A DNA stretch of 62,635 bases, filler included, from Globobulimina sp. (GCA_003354225.1; 37 parts of 37 records of this genome joined end to end with filler, not necessarily neighbours in it), one strand, 5' to 3'. Counted from the first letter of the whole stretch, positions 23,912 to 36,096 are shown. Notes: generated by a model not told the origin, from the letters alone. Numbers and translations: made by a program.

Positions 23912-25347
23912 ATGTTCAATCAGCCACAACAAGTTAAACACACATTGCCGACCATAACAATCCAAGACGGTCGGACAGGTCGCACAGTGACATGGCGCAC
24001 GTCTCAACCAGTCCAAATATGGTCGGTGGGTGCCACTAAATGGTGTCCCGGTGAAATATCATATATTACACAAGATGCAGATGGATATTGTTTAGATGTG
24101 CGATATTGGGCCAAACCGCAACTCCCGAAAGCCAAATATTTAGCGCCTTTATCAGAATGTCTACGTCCAATATCCTCGGATTTTACGTGTAGAACTGACT
24201 GGACCTCTGGCTCGAAAGTGGAATGTTTCAGTAATTCACAGAAAAGATGGTACAAAGCCACTGTAGTTGACGTTATACGCTATCCCGATGACAAAGAAGA
24301 TTGGTTAAAAATACAATGGTCTTTGGATATTTCCTACAATTATGCCAATACACCGACTTGCACCAACTCAAATACACCGCAAATTATGTCAAAAGAAGTG
24401 GGAAGATCTTCCATATGGATCAGGCACAGATATCCTTCATTTAAAAACCAATCAGTTTTGTCTTCAAATAATATATCAAAATATATCCTCGCACTCGATT
24501 TCAAACTGAAATTAAAACAGTCCGCATTCGCCCCAGTTTCAAACTAAATTAATTTTTTAGTTTGAAACTAATTTGCTTCAGTTTGAATCTTGCCAATTTT
24601 CCATATGCTGCAATTTCACAGCCACCAAATATGGACAACCAAACACCAAAACAAATCTCCATAACCACGCCAAATAACCAACGCAGAAAAGCCAGATCAA
24701 AAAAGAAATTCAAACGCGAAAAAGACATAATCGGAGTGCCTCAAATCCAATCTCGAACCAGTAATGATAGCAATCGATCGAAAATCAAGATGGATGAGAT
24801 GATGGATAGCATAATATCGTCGCTTCCGAGTCGGGGCCCACCATCCAAAGAGGTTTCATATTCAATGCCCGATCCATATCAAAGTAATATGATCCGTAAA
24901 TTTGATGCACAATCGCAAAATAACTCATTTATAAATGAAGAAGATGACAATCAACATAAGTATGGCGGTCCTTCCATCTCTTCCAAATCAAAGAAAGTGA
25001 GTTCAACCTCGCAGCATTGTGGCCATTTAACACCGCAATTTGAAGCTGTGAGTGGCAAAAATAAACAGGAAGAAGCCATGTTTGATTACATTTTGGATAA
25101 AATGCCGAAACATAATGAAAACAATATGAATGATGATAATAAAGAGGGCGATGCACTGAATGAGCATAAGAATGCATCGCCAGAGTTAGAGTTTGGTGCA
25201 GAATTTAAACCCAATGATTACAAACAAAAAGCAAATGTGCAAGAGATGGATCTGGAAATGGAGAAGGCATTTATGCAAAGTGATAGTAGTGAGAGTGGAC
25301 AAGAAAGCGAGTTTGACAGTGAATTTAATTCAAATGACGGTGGCGGC
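23912..25347 (+). CDS. Protein with two Tudor/Agenet-like repeats and a disordered region (probably spliced), 3' partial
   Basis: WRTSQPVQIWS..KWCPGEI and WTSGSKVECFS..RWYKATVVDV repeats; second ORF 24562-end is low complexity; linkage of the two ORFs is inferred. Confidence 0.55.
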
Positions 25348-25786
25348 NNNNNNNNNNNNNNNNNNNNNNNNNNNNNNNNNNNNNNNNNNNNTTAATTAAT
25401 TAANNNNNNNNNNNNNNNNNNNNNNNNNNNNNNNNNNNNNNNNNNNNCTTTGTTTTTGGAAATGAAACAATGTTTTTAGTGCATTTAAATGTAGCCATTC
25501 ATCGCTTTGTTTTGACAAATCATTCAATTTAATGTTTGTTGGGAGATATTCCATTGTTTGGAGATATATGGTTTAATTAATTTATATTTAATTATTGAAT
25601 CTGGAAATCTCATAATTCAATGAAAACTCGCGAGCGACATACTTGCTGTCATTTGTAAACTTGCTGTCATTTTAATATTCGAATTCTTGTGCTACAAAGT
25701 TTAAATTACAAACTTCTTAAAATAATTAGAGACATGTTTAATTTTTCCATTTATAAAAAAACCGTCAACGCTCAGCCTCCGTCATC

Positions 25787-26967
25787 ATGTCCACAGAAAC
25801 TAAACAGGCTCCGTTGCCATCAGACGTAAAAATTGATATTAATGCCAGAGAATCACTCCCGGTGGCACCCGAACTGAAACAATCCGATAAAACAGCTGAA
25901 ATTGAAAATAAATTACAGAAAGAATTTGTGGATGATGTTGAAACCGCCAATAAAAAAATAACTCAATTTGTGCAGCAATTACAAAAATCAAAATTTACAG
26001 TAGTTTTCTCCGGAGCTGGAATATCTACAAACACCAAACGTTTGGCAGACTTCCGTGGGGATAACGGTCTGATATCAAATAGGCCGCCATTGGTCCAAAT
26101 GGGCATTGCAGAAACAAAAATGGGTATATTTATATTTGAAATAATTTTGAAAATTAAACTCCATTTTATTGCATCCATAATTCCATTTATACAGATTCCA
26201 TAATGCCGACATTTACGCATTTTTGTATACAAATATTGAAAGACGCTGGATTTGTGGATAAAATTATCACTTCAAATCATGATGGTTTGCACAATAAAAC
26301 AAACATTCCAAACGGAGATATTATCGATTTATTTGGAAACGTTTATGTTGAAAAGTGCAGAAAATGTAAAACAAGATACGTTCGAAAGTCTGTAGTCTCT
26401 CATTTACATCGCAAATGCGATAAATATCCGCAATGCAAAGGCAAACTACAGAGAGAGAAATGTGATATGGGCAATACCGTAAACGCAAAATATTTACGAA
26501 AGGCAGAAGAGATTGCGGCCGAATCTACGTTGTCATTGGTTTTAGGGAGTTCGATGACAATTTTTCCATTTTGCGACTTGCCGCCAAAAGCAAGACATTA
26601 TGTTTTGGTCACTCGGCAAGAAACGGATTATGATAAATGGGCGTTGCTATGCATTCATATGGATGTTGATGAGTTTTTGTTTGGTGTTATGAAGGAATTA
26701 AAGTTAGATACAGATTGTAAACGGTTTGTATATAAACAAGTATTTGAGTGCGGTGTGACTGTTATTTCTAGCAATGATATGATTCGATTTGAGTTAAAAT
26801 CGCAGCAAATAAATGAAGGATTACCATTCATTCAAAGTGGTTGTATTCAAATTGTAAAAGAAAAAGAAAATAATGAGATCAAAGAAAATGTAGAGAATAA
26901 CTTAAGAGGGTACGAGACCCTGGAACCCTTGGGAAAAAACGTTCTGCAAATGCGAGTGCAAAGATAA
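25787..26967 (+). CDS. Sirtuin (SIR2 family, SIRT6/7-like) lacking the canonical catalytic His (intron 26124-26194)
   Basis: SGAGIST..ADFRG.NG, PTFTH, TSNHDGLH, DLFGN..EKCRKC..CDKYPQC, LVLGSSM. Confidence 0.88.
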
Positions 26968-27142
26968 AAATAAAAAACTGAAAGTAAGTACTAACTCAAA
27001 AACTTCAAAATTGAATGGCTGTTATCTTTTGCAAAAAATAAGNNNNNNNNNNNNNNNNNNNNNNNNNNNNNNNNNNNNNNNNNNNNTTAATTAATTAANN
27101 NNNNNNNNNNNNNNNNNNNNNNNNNNNNNNNNNNNNNNNNNN

Positions 27143-28705
27143 CGCGCAAATCATCAAATATCGTCAATTTCTGTATCGATTTATAATCACTTAAAGCATC
27201 ATCTTCTTTCTTTCGGTTAAATTGTGGCAAATTTAACACTGCTTTCACATCAAATAATTTTCTATTATCCTTCAAATTATTTGGATTCTCAATCAATTTC
27301 ATACCATTATCTCCGCCCAATAAAACGAGTAAATCCGGCTGCAAATATCGAATAATATCCGCATTGCCTGAAGCTAAGACAAAATTACTTGTTTTATTGT
27401 TATATTTGCTCTTAAATTTCCTGATACATTTACTTGCCGCAGCACTCATACATCGCGCATTGGTCCTATCCAATACAGAGGTAAACTCATCCATTAATAT
27501 GATGCCATTTGGTTTACTGATACTTTCTTGCAATAATCTCGCAAAAGTTGACTTATATCTTTCGCCGGCACTCAAAATATGGTAAGGTTTCAACCACGTT
27601 CTGATATTATTTAATCCGATACTGCTCATAATATCCATTGCTGTCTCAATGGGAATGCCATCAAATTCAGATATTACACATTTATTGCGATGCCAGTGTA
27701 GATGGTCGGGGTTTTTAAACGTAATTAAAGATGGATTTTGTGCTTGTAATGATTTCAACAATGTCGATTTACCGCTTCCTGACGGTCCTACTATTAAAAT
27801 TAATGGATATTTCTCAATTTGCTGTAAGTTTAATTGACGCAAAGGTGCTTGCAATACATTTTCGGGAACCGCAGATAACTTACAATATGCTAATAATTCT
27901 GCGGTTGTGTTGGAATAATTTGGTATGACTCGATCCATTGACATGTCACTGTTATTATCAATGTCTGCATTAAAATATCTTGAATTTAACGGCGCAGATT
28001 CTTTAATGACAGTTTTTGCACCAAATTCATTTTTCTTTTTGACTTTTTCTCTTCTTTTTGCCACCAAATATCTGGAGTACTTGAATATTTTTGCTCTGTC
28101 AAACTTTATATGTTTTCGTTTGCCAATTTCTGTACAGAGTTTGACCAAATATTTATTAGTTGTAATCACTTCACCTCTCCGCACAGTGATGATAGATTTC
28201 GCAGATTTTGAATCTTTTACTTTGACAGTGACCCATTCATTATCTAATGAGCGTACATTGGTAACATCCTTACTCAGTCTTTGTGTGATTGTGGCGTCAT
28301 TATAGGCCCATAAAATATATTTGATATCAATGTTGGATAAGATAATATTTGTATGCTTTCTTGTTGTGTTTTTCTGACAGAGCCAGATATCTCCAGTTTC
28401 CTCATTGTTTACGCTGACTGGAATATATGTCTTCCAATACTTTGAGCCATTTGGTTTAATATAAAGATATGGTTTGTGCGCATGCGTTGAATTACAGATT
28501 GCGGTCAATGAGGTTCCATTTGTGCCAAAGTCGTAATTAATATTAATGTTGTCATTGTTTTCAGATTTAAGGGAGGCAAATAATACACATTTTGCAGAGT
28601 GATGACAATCTGATATTAGTATTGTAATTAATATGTGAATTCCGATAAAAACATAAAAAAAAAAAAAAAAAATAACGTTAACCAAAAACGAACAGAACTA
28701 GATTT
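27143..28705 (-). CDS. Multidomain protein containing a COG2401-like soluble ABC-ATPase; both ends partial (intron 28610-28682, 23-nt micro-exon 28683-28705)
   Basis: GPSGSGKST (27762-27788), SIGLNNIRTWLKPYHILSAGERY..FAR, MDEFTSVLDR..A, DIIRYLQPD; no TM domain. Confidence 0.8.
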
Positions 28706-28859
28706 CTTTAAATATTTTTTTATAAACAAAAAAAATANNNNNNNNNNNNNNNNNNNNNNNNNNNNNNNNNNNNNNNNNNNNTTAATTAATTAANNNNNNN
28801 NNNNNNNNNNNNNNNNNNNNNNNNNNNNNNNNNNNNNACACTCTTACAGTGCAGTGCCG

Positions 28860-28992
28860 CGTCACTGCTGTGTCAGAACCAGAAGGTCGTATGTCAAGAT
28901 TAACGGTCAACATTAAAATAGTCCTAATAAAGTGTTTTATAAAGTAATTTTGAAATATAATGTACATACGACCTTCTGGCACAGCAGTGACG
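28860..28992. repeat. Imperfect inverted repeat (MITE-like)
   Basis: CGTCACTGCTGTG..CCAGAAGGTCGTATGT (28860-28894) is the reverse complement of ACATACGACCTTCTGGCACAGCAGTGACG (28964-28992) apart from a short indel. Confidence 0.65.
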
Positions 28993-28995
28993 ATA

Positions 28996-29523
28996 TATAT
29001 GGTAATAGCTAACTGGATATCAAACAGCGGCACTTGTCAATACCATCATGCAGATTATAGCTTATTAATTATTATATTATATTGCTTCATGATTCTTAAG
29101 CCCGGTTCTCACCACGGAATAAGGAATAGGAATAAGTATGATTAACACTTTTACTACCATATAAAAACACTTTTCTTATTCCGTAGTGTTTTAACTTCCT
29201 TATTCCGTGGTGTGAACCGGGCTTGACTGAGCTGCATGCTTCATTGCTTCGTTTAAATCGTTTAACCGAAAATCGTCAAATTCTTTCAAAAACAGCCATA
29301 CTTAGGCCAAAATAACAATTTATGGTAACAGTTACCATATATGGTAACAGCTAACTGGATATCAAACAGCAGCACTTGTCAATTACCATCATGCATATTA
29401 CTATTACTAGCTTATTAGATTATATTGCTTCATGATTCTTACAGAGCTGCATGCTTCATTTAAATCGTTTAACCGAAAATCGTAAAATTCTTTCGAAAAC
29501 AGCCATATTTAGGCCAAAATAAC
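28996..29523. repeat. Diverged tandem duplication of a ~190-bp unit
   Basis: TATATGGTAA.AGCTAACTGGATATCAAACAGC...AAACAGCCATA.TTAGGCCAAAATAAC occurs twice; the first copy carries a MITE. Confidence 0.9.
29099..29223. mobile_element. 125-bp MITE, PIF/Harbinger-like
   Basis: 28-bp TIRs AGCCCGGTTC(T/A)CACCACGGAATAAGGAA with one mismatch; 3-bp TSD TTA/TGA; empty site GATTCTTACAGAGCTGC in the neighbouring duplicate. Confidence 0.9.
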
Positions 29524-30073
29524 TATTTTGGGTTTCGAACAATTTGCATTTTGTTGAGCATGTATAAGTAACTCGATTTCCCAACTATGTAATTAGCAAT
29601 GAACCCTGAAGACAGATGAAGCAATCAAACATACAGCTCAAATCAGAACTCGTACCAGAGCAATTATAAATTCATGCCTTATGCACAGCACAAACAACCA
29701 CAGCAAAGCAACAATGCAAGTTACACTTACTCGTTTTCTGCAGAAACCAACATTCCGCAATTGACCTGCTGGGCAACACTGACCATGGATGGTTGATGAG
29801 GGGCGACACAACAGCAGAACTTTGAAATAAGAGCTCCCATAATAATAATTAATCAATAATCAATAATAAATCTGAAACAGTTCACTGAAAAACAATTTAA
29901 TCTCGGGTGACAGCAAAGTAGACAATTTATAAGGATTCGAACCGATTAAAATAAAGCAAAATTATTGACAATTATCGTTTACTTGTTTATTTATTACTGT
30001 TGAAAATGCATGGTAGACAAAGCACTAGATAAATGAATATGATAAAGGAATCATCGCATCCATGTTAATAAAA

Positions 30074-30145
30074 CAATAAAATAATAGTCTCTGGGAACAA
30101 GGATCAAATTAATTCAATAAAATAATAGTCTCTGGGAACAAGGAT
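30074..30145. repeat. 31-bp direct repeat
   Basis: CAATAAAATAATAGTCTCTGGGAACAAGGAT at 30074-30104 and 30115-30145. Confidence 0.9.
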
Positions 30146-30532
30146 ATAATACATAAATGAAAACTAAACTATGTAATACATGTATCTATATTTTCAAACT
30201 TACATACATACATACCATAAATGCAGCGGGGTCCGAACAAGGGGTAGGTAAATCGGTAACTTTTTTACCCCTCTTGGTAACCCCTAAGTTTTTTTGGGGG
30301 GATGGGCGTGTGATGGGCGATTTTTGGGGGTGTTTTTTATAATAAAATAGCCTTAAAAATTTCCTTGGCAGGGTGACGGTCAGGATTTTGGCAAGTCCGG
30401 CTGCAAGTTGGTCTGGCTGAGGCCTGGGGATANNNNNNNNNNNNNNNNNNNNNNNNNNNNNNNNNNNNNNNNNNNNTTAATTAATTAANNNNNNNNNNNN
30501 NNNNNNNNNNNNNNNNNNNNNNNNNNNNNNNN

Positions 30533-32127
30533 CGACATCGTCGATGATATAAATACGGTAAAACCACATAAAAGGTATTTGTTTCTCCGATTTGTGTTTC
30601 TCAGAAACGTTTTTCTGTGTTTTCACTTTTCAGATATATACTTATTAAATATACAGCTTTCAATATGGATTTACAATGACATCATTGGAGAGAAACTATA
30701 CGTTTGCCACTGCGGATAAAAACGATATGAATCACTGGTTTGAGATCATAAAAAAAATGAGAATTGAGGTACTGGCCGAGATCGCAGAGGATGAGAACAA
30801 CAATGACGAGTCATCCGACATGGATGAATATAATGAGGATATGGACAGTAGTGACACAGATAGCGATTCTGATACACACGCAAGGTATCCCATGCTGGCT
30901 ATCACCGAGTTGGTATTGCATAAGAATAGCGGTTCACCCTCGGTTGAAAAGATTGATATGCCACCGATAGGAAAGGGAGCACAAAAGCAATCACATACGT
31001 ACAGTGTATCTGAGCTACAAGCGGATGAATTAGAATTTGATTTCGATCCAAATCAATTGGAATGGTTGAAAGAACACAATATGTTACATACGGGGCATTT
31101 GTCTGCGAGGAAGAATCGGTCATTGTATGGGCATGGTATACAGCCATGGCAGCCACCGACGGCAATCAATATGGAAATAAAGGATGATACTAATTTTAGT
31201 GTGCGGCCATGGTCGCCGTGGAGCACTGTTACGACTGTCACTGTTGCTGAGAATGGGAATGGCAACGGTCGAATGAGTGGGAAACCTCAAGCACCATCAA
31301 AACCGAATGATATTCACATGTTTAAGGTGCAGGGAACGGATAAATATGCGAATAAAATATTACCCAAACCACCACCTAGAAAAGTACCAAAACCACCGCC
31401 TAGAAAGGATAACTGCGATAAATATAAGAATAATAATAAAGTATTGGGTGTGGTTGAGGAGAATGTACAGATTGAAATAAAATCCAATGATATAAAAGCG
31501 AAGAATGTAAATACTGGTAAGATTGTGGGAAAATGTGAAATGAAAACGAAGCAAAAATACACAAATATGGGGATTGGTGAAAGTAAAAATATAACACTGA
31601 AGAGCATAAATCCTGGTAAAAGCCCGAAAAAATCCAAAACGAAAACAAAGCAAAAACGCCAAATTGAGATTGATCGCAAGAATAAAAAATCCGATCGCAA
31701 AATGGGAACGAATCAAATTAAAAAAATAAATAAGGGTAAAATTACAAAGAAATCCGAAATGAAAACGAATGGAGTTAAGAAACTAAAAGGAAGATCCAAC
31801 TCAATTAAGCCTAGAAAAAAGGATAAATCTACATTTAAAATGGTTTGTGTTGATGGAAAAAAAGAACATAAAAGATCAAGTTCAATAAATTCGATTAAAA
31901 AACAGAGTAAATCTGCATTTAAAGCGCCAAAAGGAGTACACGTAGATATAAAATATAAACCAGTTGCAAATAAAAGATCTAATTCTATCACACCTAAAAA
32001 GAAAAATAAATCAACATTTAAGACACCAAATATTAACGCAAAGAGAACGAGTCTGCCATCGTTAAAACCGAAAAGGAAGAAAAATAAAAATATTAATGTG
32101 ATAAAAAAAATAACACCAAAAAAAAAA
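30533..32127 (+). CDS. PH-domain end followed by long acidic, Pro-rich and Lys-rich disordered tail; partial
   Basis: ERNYTFATADKNDMNHWFEII is typical of a PH C-terminal strand and helix; PKPPPRK twice. Confidence 0.7.
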
Positions 32128-32227
32128 NNNNNNNNNNNNNNNNNNNNNNNNNNNNNNNNNNNNNNNNNNNNTTAATTAATTAANNNNNNNNNNNNNNNNN
32201 NNNNNNNNNNNNNNNNNNNNNNNNNNN

Positions 32228-33822
32228 AATTACGGCGAAAGTTATAACGTGGAAGTAATGACCGAAGTTATTCTTAGATTACAAAATAAGGACAACGCAT
32301 TAAAAGCAAAACGAAATGCATCCCCTCCCCGATGTCCATGTGGTTTGTATTTAAAAAAACTGCCGGCCTCAGGCTGTTACACCGGATCTAATGGCGTTTT
32401 ATGCAATGAATGTCGAGCTGGAGTAAGTGGAGACAATTTTGTGTATCATTGTTCTGCGCAAAAAATCGCAGTACATGAACTTGGATACGATTTGTGTCTA
32501 AATTGCGCCAATAAAGCCTCGGGATGGAGGCATCAATCTGTTGACGAATGGAGCTGTCAAGAGTTACAAGCGTGGATCATCAGTCTCTGCATAGGCAACG
32601 AAAATGAGAAAAAATTGCTTGCTGCCATATCAGAACAGGAAATAGGTGGCGCAGAGTTTAACTCTATCGAAGAAGTGTCGGATGTTATGGATGCTTTTGA
32701 AATTAAATATCGCCCGGCATCTAAAGTATATATGGCATTGCAACGAATCAGAACCAATCACAATGCACTGGATTTAGAATTAAATTTATTAGCAAACGAT
32801 GTCGCAGAGACCAAACAAGACAATGCAAATAATAATAGTACAGGCACTGGTATCAATGGCTGGGGTTGTAATAAGTTGCAAGCGTGGATATTGAAATTGG
32901 GAGTGGATAAAGTGTGGATCAGTGGTGACGCCAAGAAAGTTGCTGATGCTATACACGAGCAGGCGATAACTGGCGAAGACTTCAATTCTATGGAAGAGGT
33001 GTCTGAGATAATGGATTCCTTTGAGATTAGCGAATTTGCTGCGAAAATAATATTCACTGCGTTGGAAAAGCTAAGAGGTAATGTAACGAATAATAACGAT
33101 AATAACTCGAATATGAATAATAAGAATGACAATGTTGAGACTGAGACATTAATAATAAGAGACATTGTTGTTACTAGAGATATTGCCGAAAATGCAACGG
33201 ATCAAAATAAAAATGACGAAATTGTTGCAGTGCCGGATAAAAAAAATACGAAAACGCAGAAATCAGCAGCACCGCCACAGAGAGCAAAACATAAAATGAG
33301 AGGAAGGTTAGCGGCAAAATTTGGTCATTTAAATATTGATCCTACAAAAATGAAAGTTGGTGCCGCTCCGCCAAAGCGCAAAAAACCTAAACAGCAAAAC
33401 ATGGATCAATCGGCAGTATTAAATAAAGCAACAGTCAGTAAAAAAGGACGAAGGAAACGGACTAAAAAAAGAGTGGAAATTGAAGAAAATGGGCAAGAGC
33501 CAGCTGTGACAGTGACACAGGTAGTGGCAAAGAACAGTGCTCCGATCGCGAATGGATCGTATAAAAATAAGCAAGTTAAGAGTTGGAATAACAAGGACTT
33601 ATTAGATTGGATAAAAACTATCGGTTTGCAAGCACAGTGGTTACCGGTGATGGAGGAAATAGTCGAATCAAAGGGCTGTACTGGAAATGATTGGTTTGCA
33701 GTTAAAAGTTTTAAAGAGTTTGCAAAGAAATTCAATATCAAACAACCAATGTTAGCAAATAGGGTGCTTAGGGAATTCAACAAAGCAAAACGAAACCAAG
33801 TGGACGCCAGTATTGATGATTA
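32228..33822 (+). CDS. Zn-finger + three SAM-like repeats protein, partial
   Basis: CPCG..CNEC..YHC..H..GYDLCLNC; WSCQELQAWI, WGCNKLQAWI, WNNKDLLDWI repeats. Confidence 0.75.
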
Positions 33823-34110
33823 NNNNNNNNNNNNNNNNNNNNNNNNNNNNNNNNNNNNNNNNNNNNTTAATTAATTAANNNNNNNNNNNNNNNNNNNNNN
33901 NNNNNNNNNNNNNNNNNNNNNNATCACCGATATAAAATGTTTCCAATGTAGAAAATGTTATTTATGCGGATTTATACTCATTTTACGAGCATAATACGAT
34001 TCCAACAGTTACATTCAATTTAATATGACTTCCAATTTAATTCTTTTTGCTACACACGCGTTATTTTAGAATTAAACTTTGAAAACATTTTCATTTTTAA
34101 AAAACTTCAG

Positions 34111-34826
34111 CTTGGGCAGCCCCAATCAGAAAGGAAACGCATGGCCACAGAGACGGGGTTCGTGCTTGGATCCCCCTCGAAGACATCCCGTACAATAATT
34201 CGCCGCCAATTGTAGTGCCCGGCTCTCATAATTGGTGCGAAGAATGCTTTATGGGGCACGGGCCGTGCGCCCTATGCTTCGCCAGCAGTCTACGAAAAAC
34301 ACCTAAATGTCCGTGTAACAATGAGCTATTAACTAATGTTTCCAAATGGAATACCAAAGTATTGGCAGATTTGAAGCAGGGAGATGTTGTTTTTATTAAT
34401 CCCAAAGCTCTGCATTCGACGGGCGGTCCAAATGATACTGACACACCACGTTTAGGCTTACGATTACATCTAAAAACAGCCGGTGTTTTGCAGGATTATA
34501 TGCGTTCGCAGAGATATACAAAAGTGCAGACAAATGGTGGTTGGTACAAAATGTTGTTACGTGGCTGGTCGCCATCGCATCCACGCGTTTTGGACGGAGT
34601 CACTGCTCCACAAATATGGCCGGTCGTGGCTGAGGATAGGGATTGTTTGTTATGGCCGAGAGAGGAGCCATGTTTCTCGGATTGCATTATCTTTGCGGTC
34701 GGATCTGCTGCGCGTTGGTTGGTTTGGTATGCTGTTGGATCGAGGCAAGTATTGCAACCACCACAGGATAATATGGATGATGGTGATATGGCAACATCTG
34801 GATTGGCTGACAAAATGATAATGTGA
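34111..34826 (+). CDS. PhyH-like Fe(II)/2-oxoglutarate dioxygenase, last exon
   Basis: WHRDG..AWIPLED..VVPGSH, LKQGDVVFI...LHSTGGPN.TDTPRLGL; acceptor TTCAG ends at 34110. Confidence 0.82.
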
Positions 34827-34920
34827 TAGATTGTGTTTGTTTGTATTTTTGTATTTGCTTTGAGATAAATTGAGTACTTTGTAAGGTTTTTTGAGAGAAA
34901 AAACTTTCTCAAATATTAAA

Positions 34921-35517
34921 ATGGACACAAATGACGAAGAGTTGGAAGCCAATTTGCGTAAATTGCCGTTGACAAAATTAAAAAGACGGTGTAAAATATT
35001 GAAGCTGTCGCCAGAAGGAAGCAAACTCGACATAATCAAACGTATTCTGGAACGCGTCAAAATCTCTCGCGATGCCACTAAGTTAACCCCAACAAACAAT
35101 ACACAGTGAGACACTGAAGAAGAGCAGTCAAACTATCGATATTTGCCATCATTGTCCAGTGGCGTATATGGTTCGTATCCTTCCACCGTATACCGTCAAT
35201 ATGAGCGTTCCTACGAACCACAACCAACTGCACCCACAACGCCACCACAACACAACAAGAGCTCCAAGCAATGGATTTACCATCCAACCCAAGGCTATAT
35301 TTGTATAACCGACTCAGAATTGGACAATTCCAACATCATAAACCTCAACGCAATCAACCAATTGTTACACAACGAAACCAATCAAGATCGCGCTGTGCAT
35401 ACATTAGCATTGCGATTACCATTCACACCCACAACGAATCGCATTCTCTCCGCCAACATGATCAGCGATCTAATATCCTCCCAAAAGCTCGCATTTTCAC
35501 AGTCTACGCCGGCACAG
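34921..35517 (+). pseudogene. SAP-domain protein with an in-frame TGA (35107-35109), 3' partial
   Basis: LRKLPLTKLKRRCKILKLSPEGSKLDIIKRILE SAP motif; the same frame continues after the stop to the contig end. Confidence 0.6.
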
Positions 35518-35617
35518 NNNNNNNNNNNNNNNNNNNNNNNNNNNNNNNNNNNNNNNNNNNNTTAATTAATTAANNNNNNNNNNNNNNNNNNNNNNNNNNN
35601 NNNNNNNNNNNNNNNNN

Positions 35618-36013
35618 AACCCAGAAAATCCAAGACATAAATTAATCGTATTAGATATTGAAGATAAAATCTCAAAAGAAGAAATCTTATTATATTTCAC
35701 ACAAGGTGCTATGGAATGGTATAGTCAAGGATTAAAAAATGTCCCAGAGAAAATCAAAAACTACAATAAAGAATTCAAGAGTTCTTGTAATAAGTTCAAA
35801 CAATTCTTAAAAATCTCAGCGATTATTGTAGAAGAAAACCAACCGGCATTCACATCATTCAGAGAATTATACGAAGCATACTGTACATTCGCTCATCCAA
35901 ATAAAATCAATATTAATGATTTCAAAACTATGGTTGAAAAGAATGGATACAAAGAAATCATTGAGGATGATATTAGTGGTTATGCTATCAAATTAAAGGA
36001 AGAAATCTACTAA
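35618..36013 (+). CDS. C-terminus of a D5/P4-type primase-helicase (viral type)
   Basis: Open from contig start: NPENPRHK..DIEDKISKEEILLYFTQGAMEWYSQGLKNVPEKI...F, then a winged-helix-like FRELYEAYCTF..FKTMVEKNGY. Confidence 0.7.
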   Translation, partial: NPENPRHKLIVLDIEDKISKEEILLYFTQGAMEWYSQGLKNVPEKIKNYNKEFKSSCNKFKQFLKISAIIVEENQPAFTSFRELYEAYCTFAHPNKININDFKTMVEKNGYKEIIEDDISGYAIKLKEEIY

Positions 36014-36036
36014 ATGATAAATTAAAAGAAAATATC

Positions 36037-36067
36037 TATGAAATATTAAATATATTTCATAAATATA
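36037..36067 (+). terminator. AT-rich intergenic hairpin with conserved 23-nt motif
   Basis: TATGAAATAT-TAAAT-ATATTTCATA 10-bp stem (36037-36061); motif ATTAAATATATTTCATAAATATA at 36045-36067. Confidence 0.6.
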
Positions 36068-36096
36068 ATATTTTATAAATTAAAATTTATTTATTT

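Noticed and set aside
31314-31991. Phe/Leu-rich minus-strand ORFs as membrane proteins
   Set aside because: Antisense shadows of the Lys-rich plus-strand gene; the same applies to most short ORFs overlapping longer ones
35107-35109. Selenocysteine codon
   Set aside because: Lies in a low-complexity linker with no redox motif; the 3' UTR is missing so SECIS cannot be assessed
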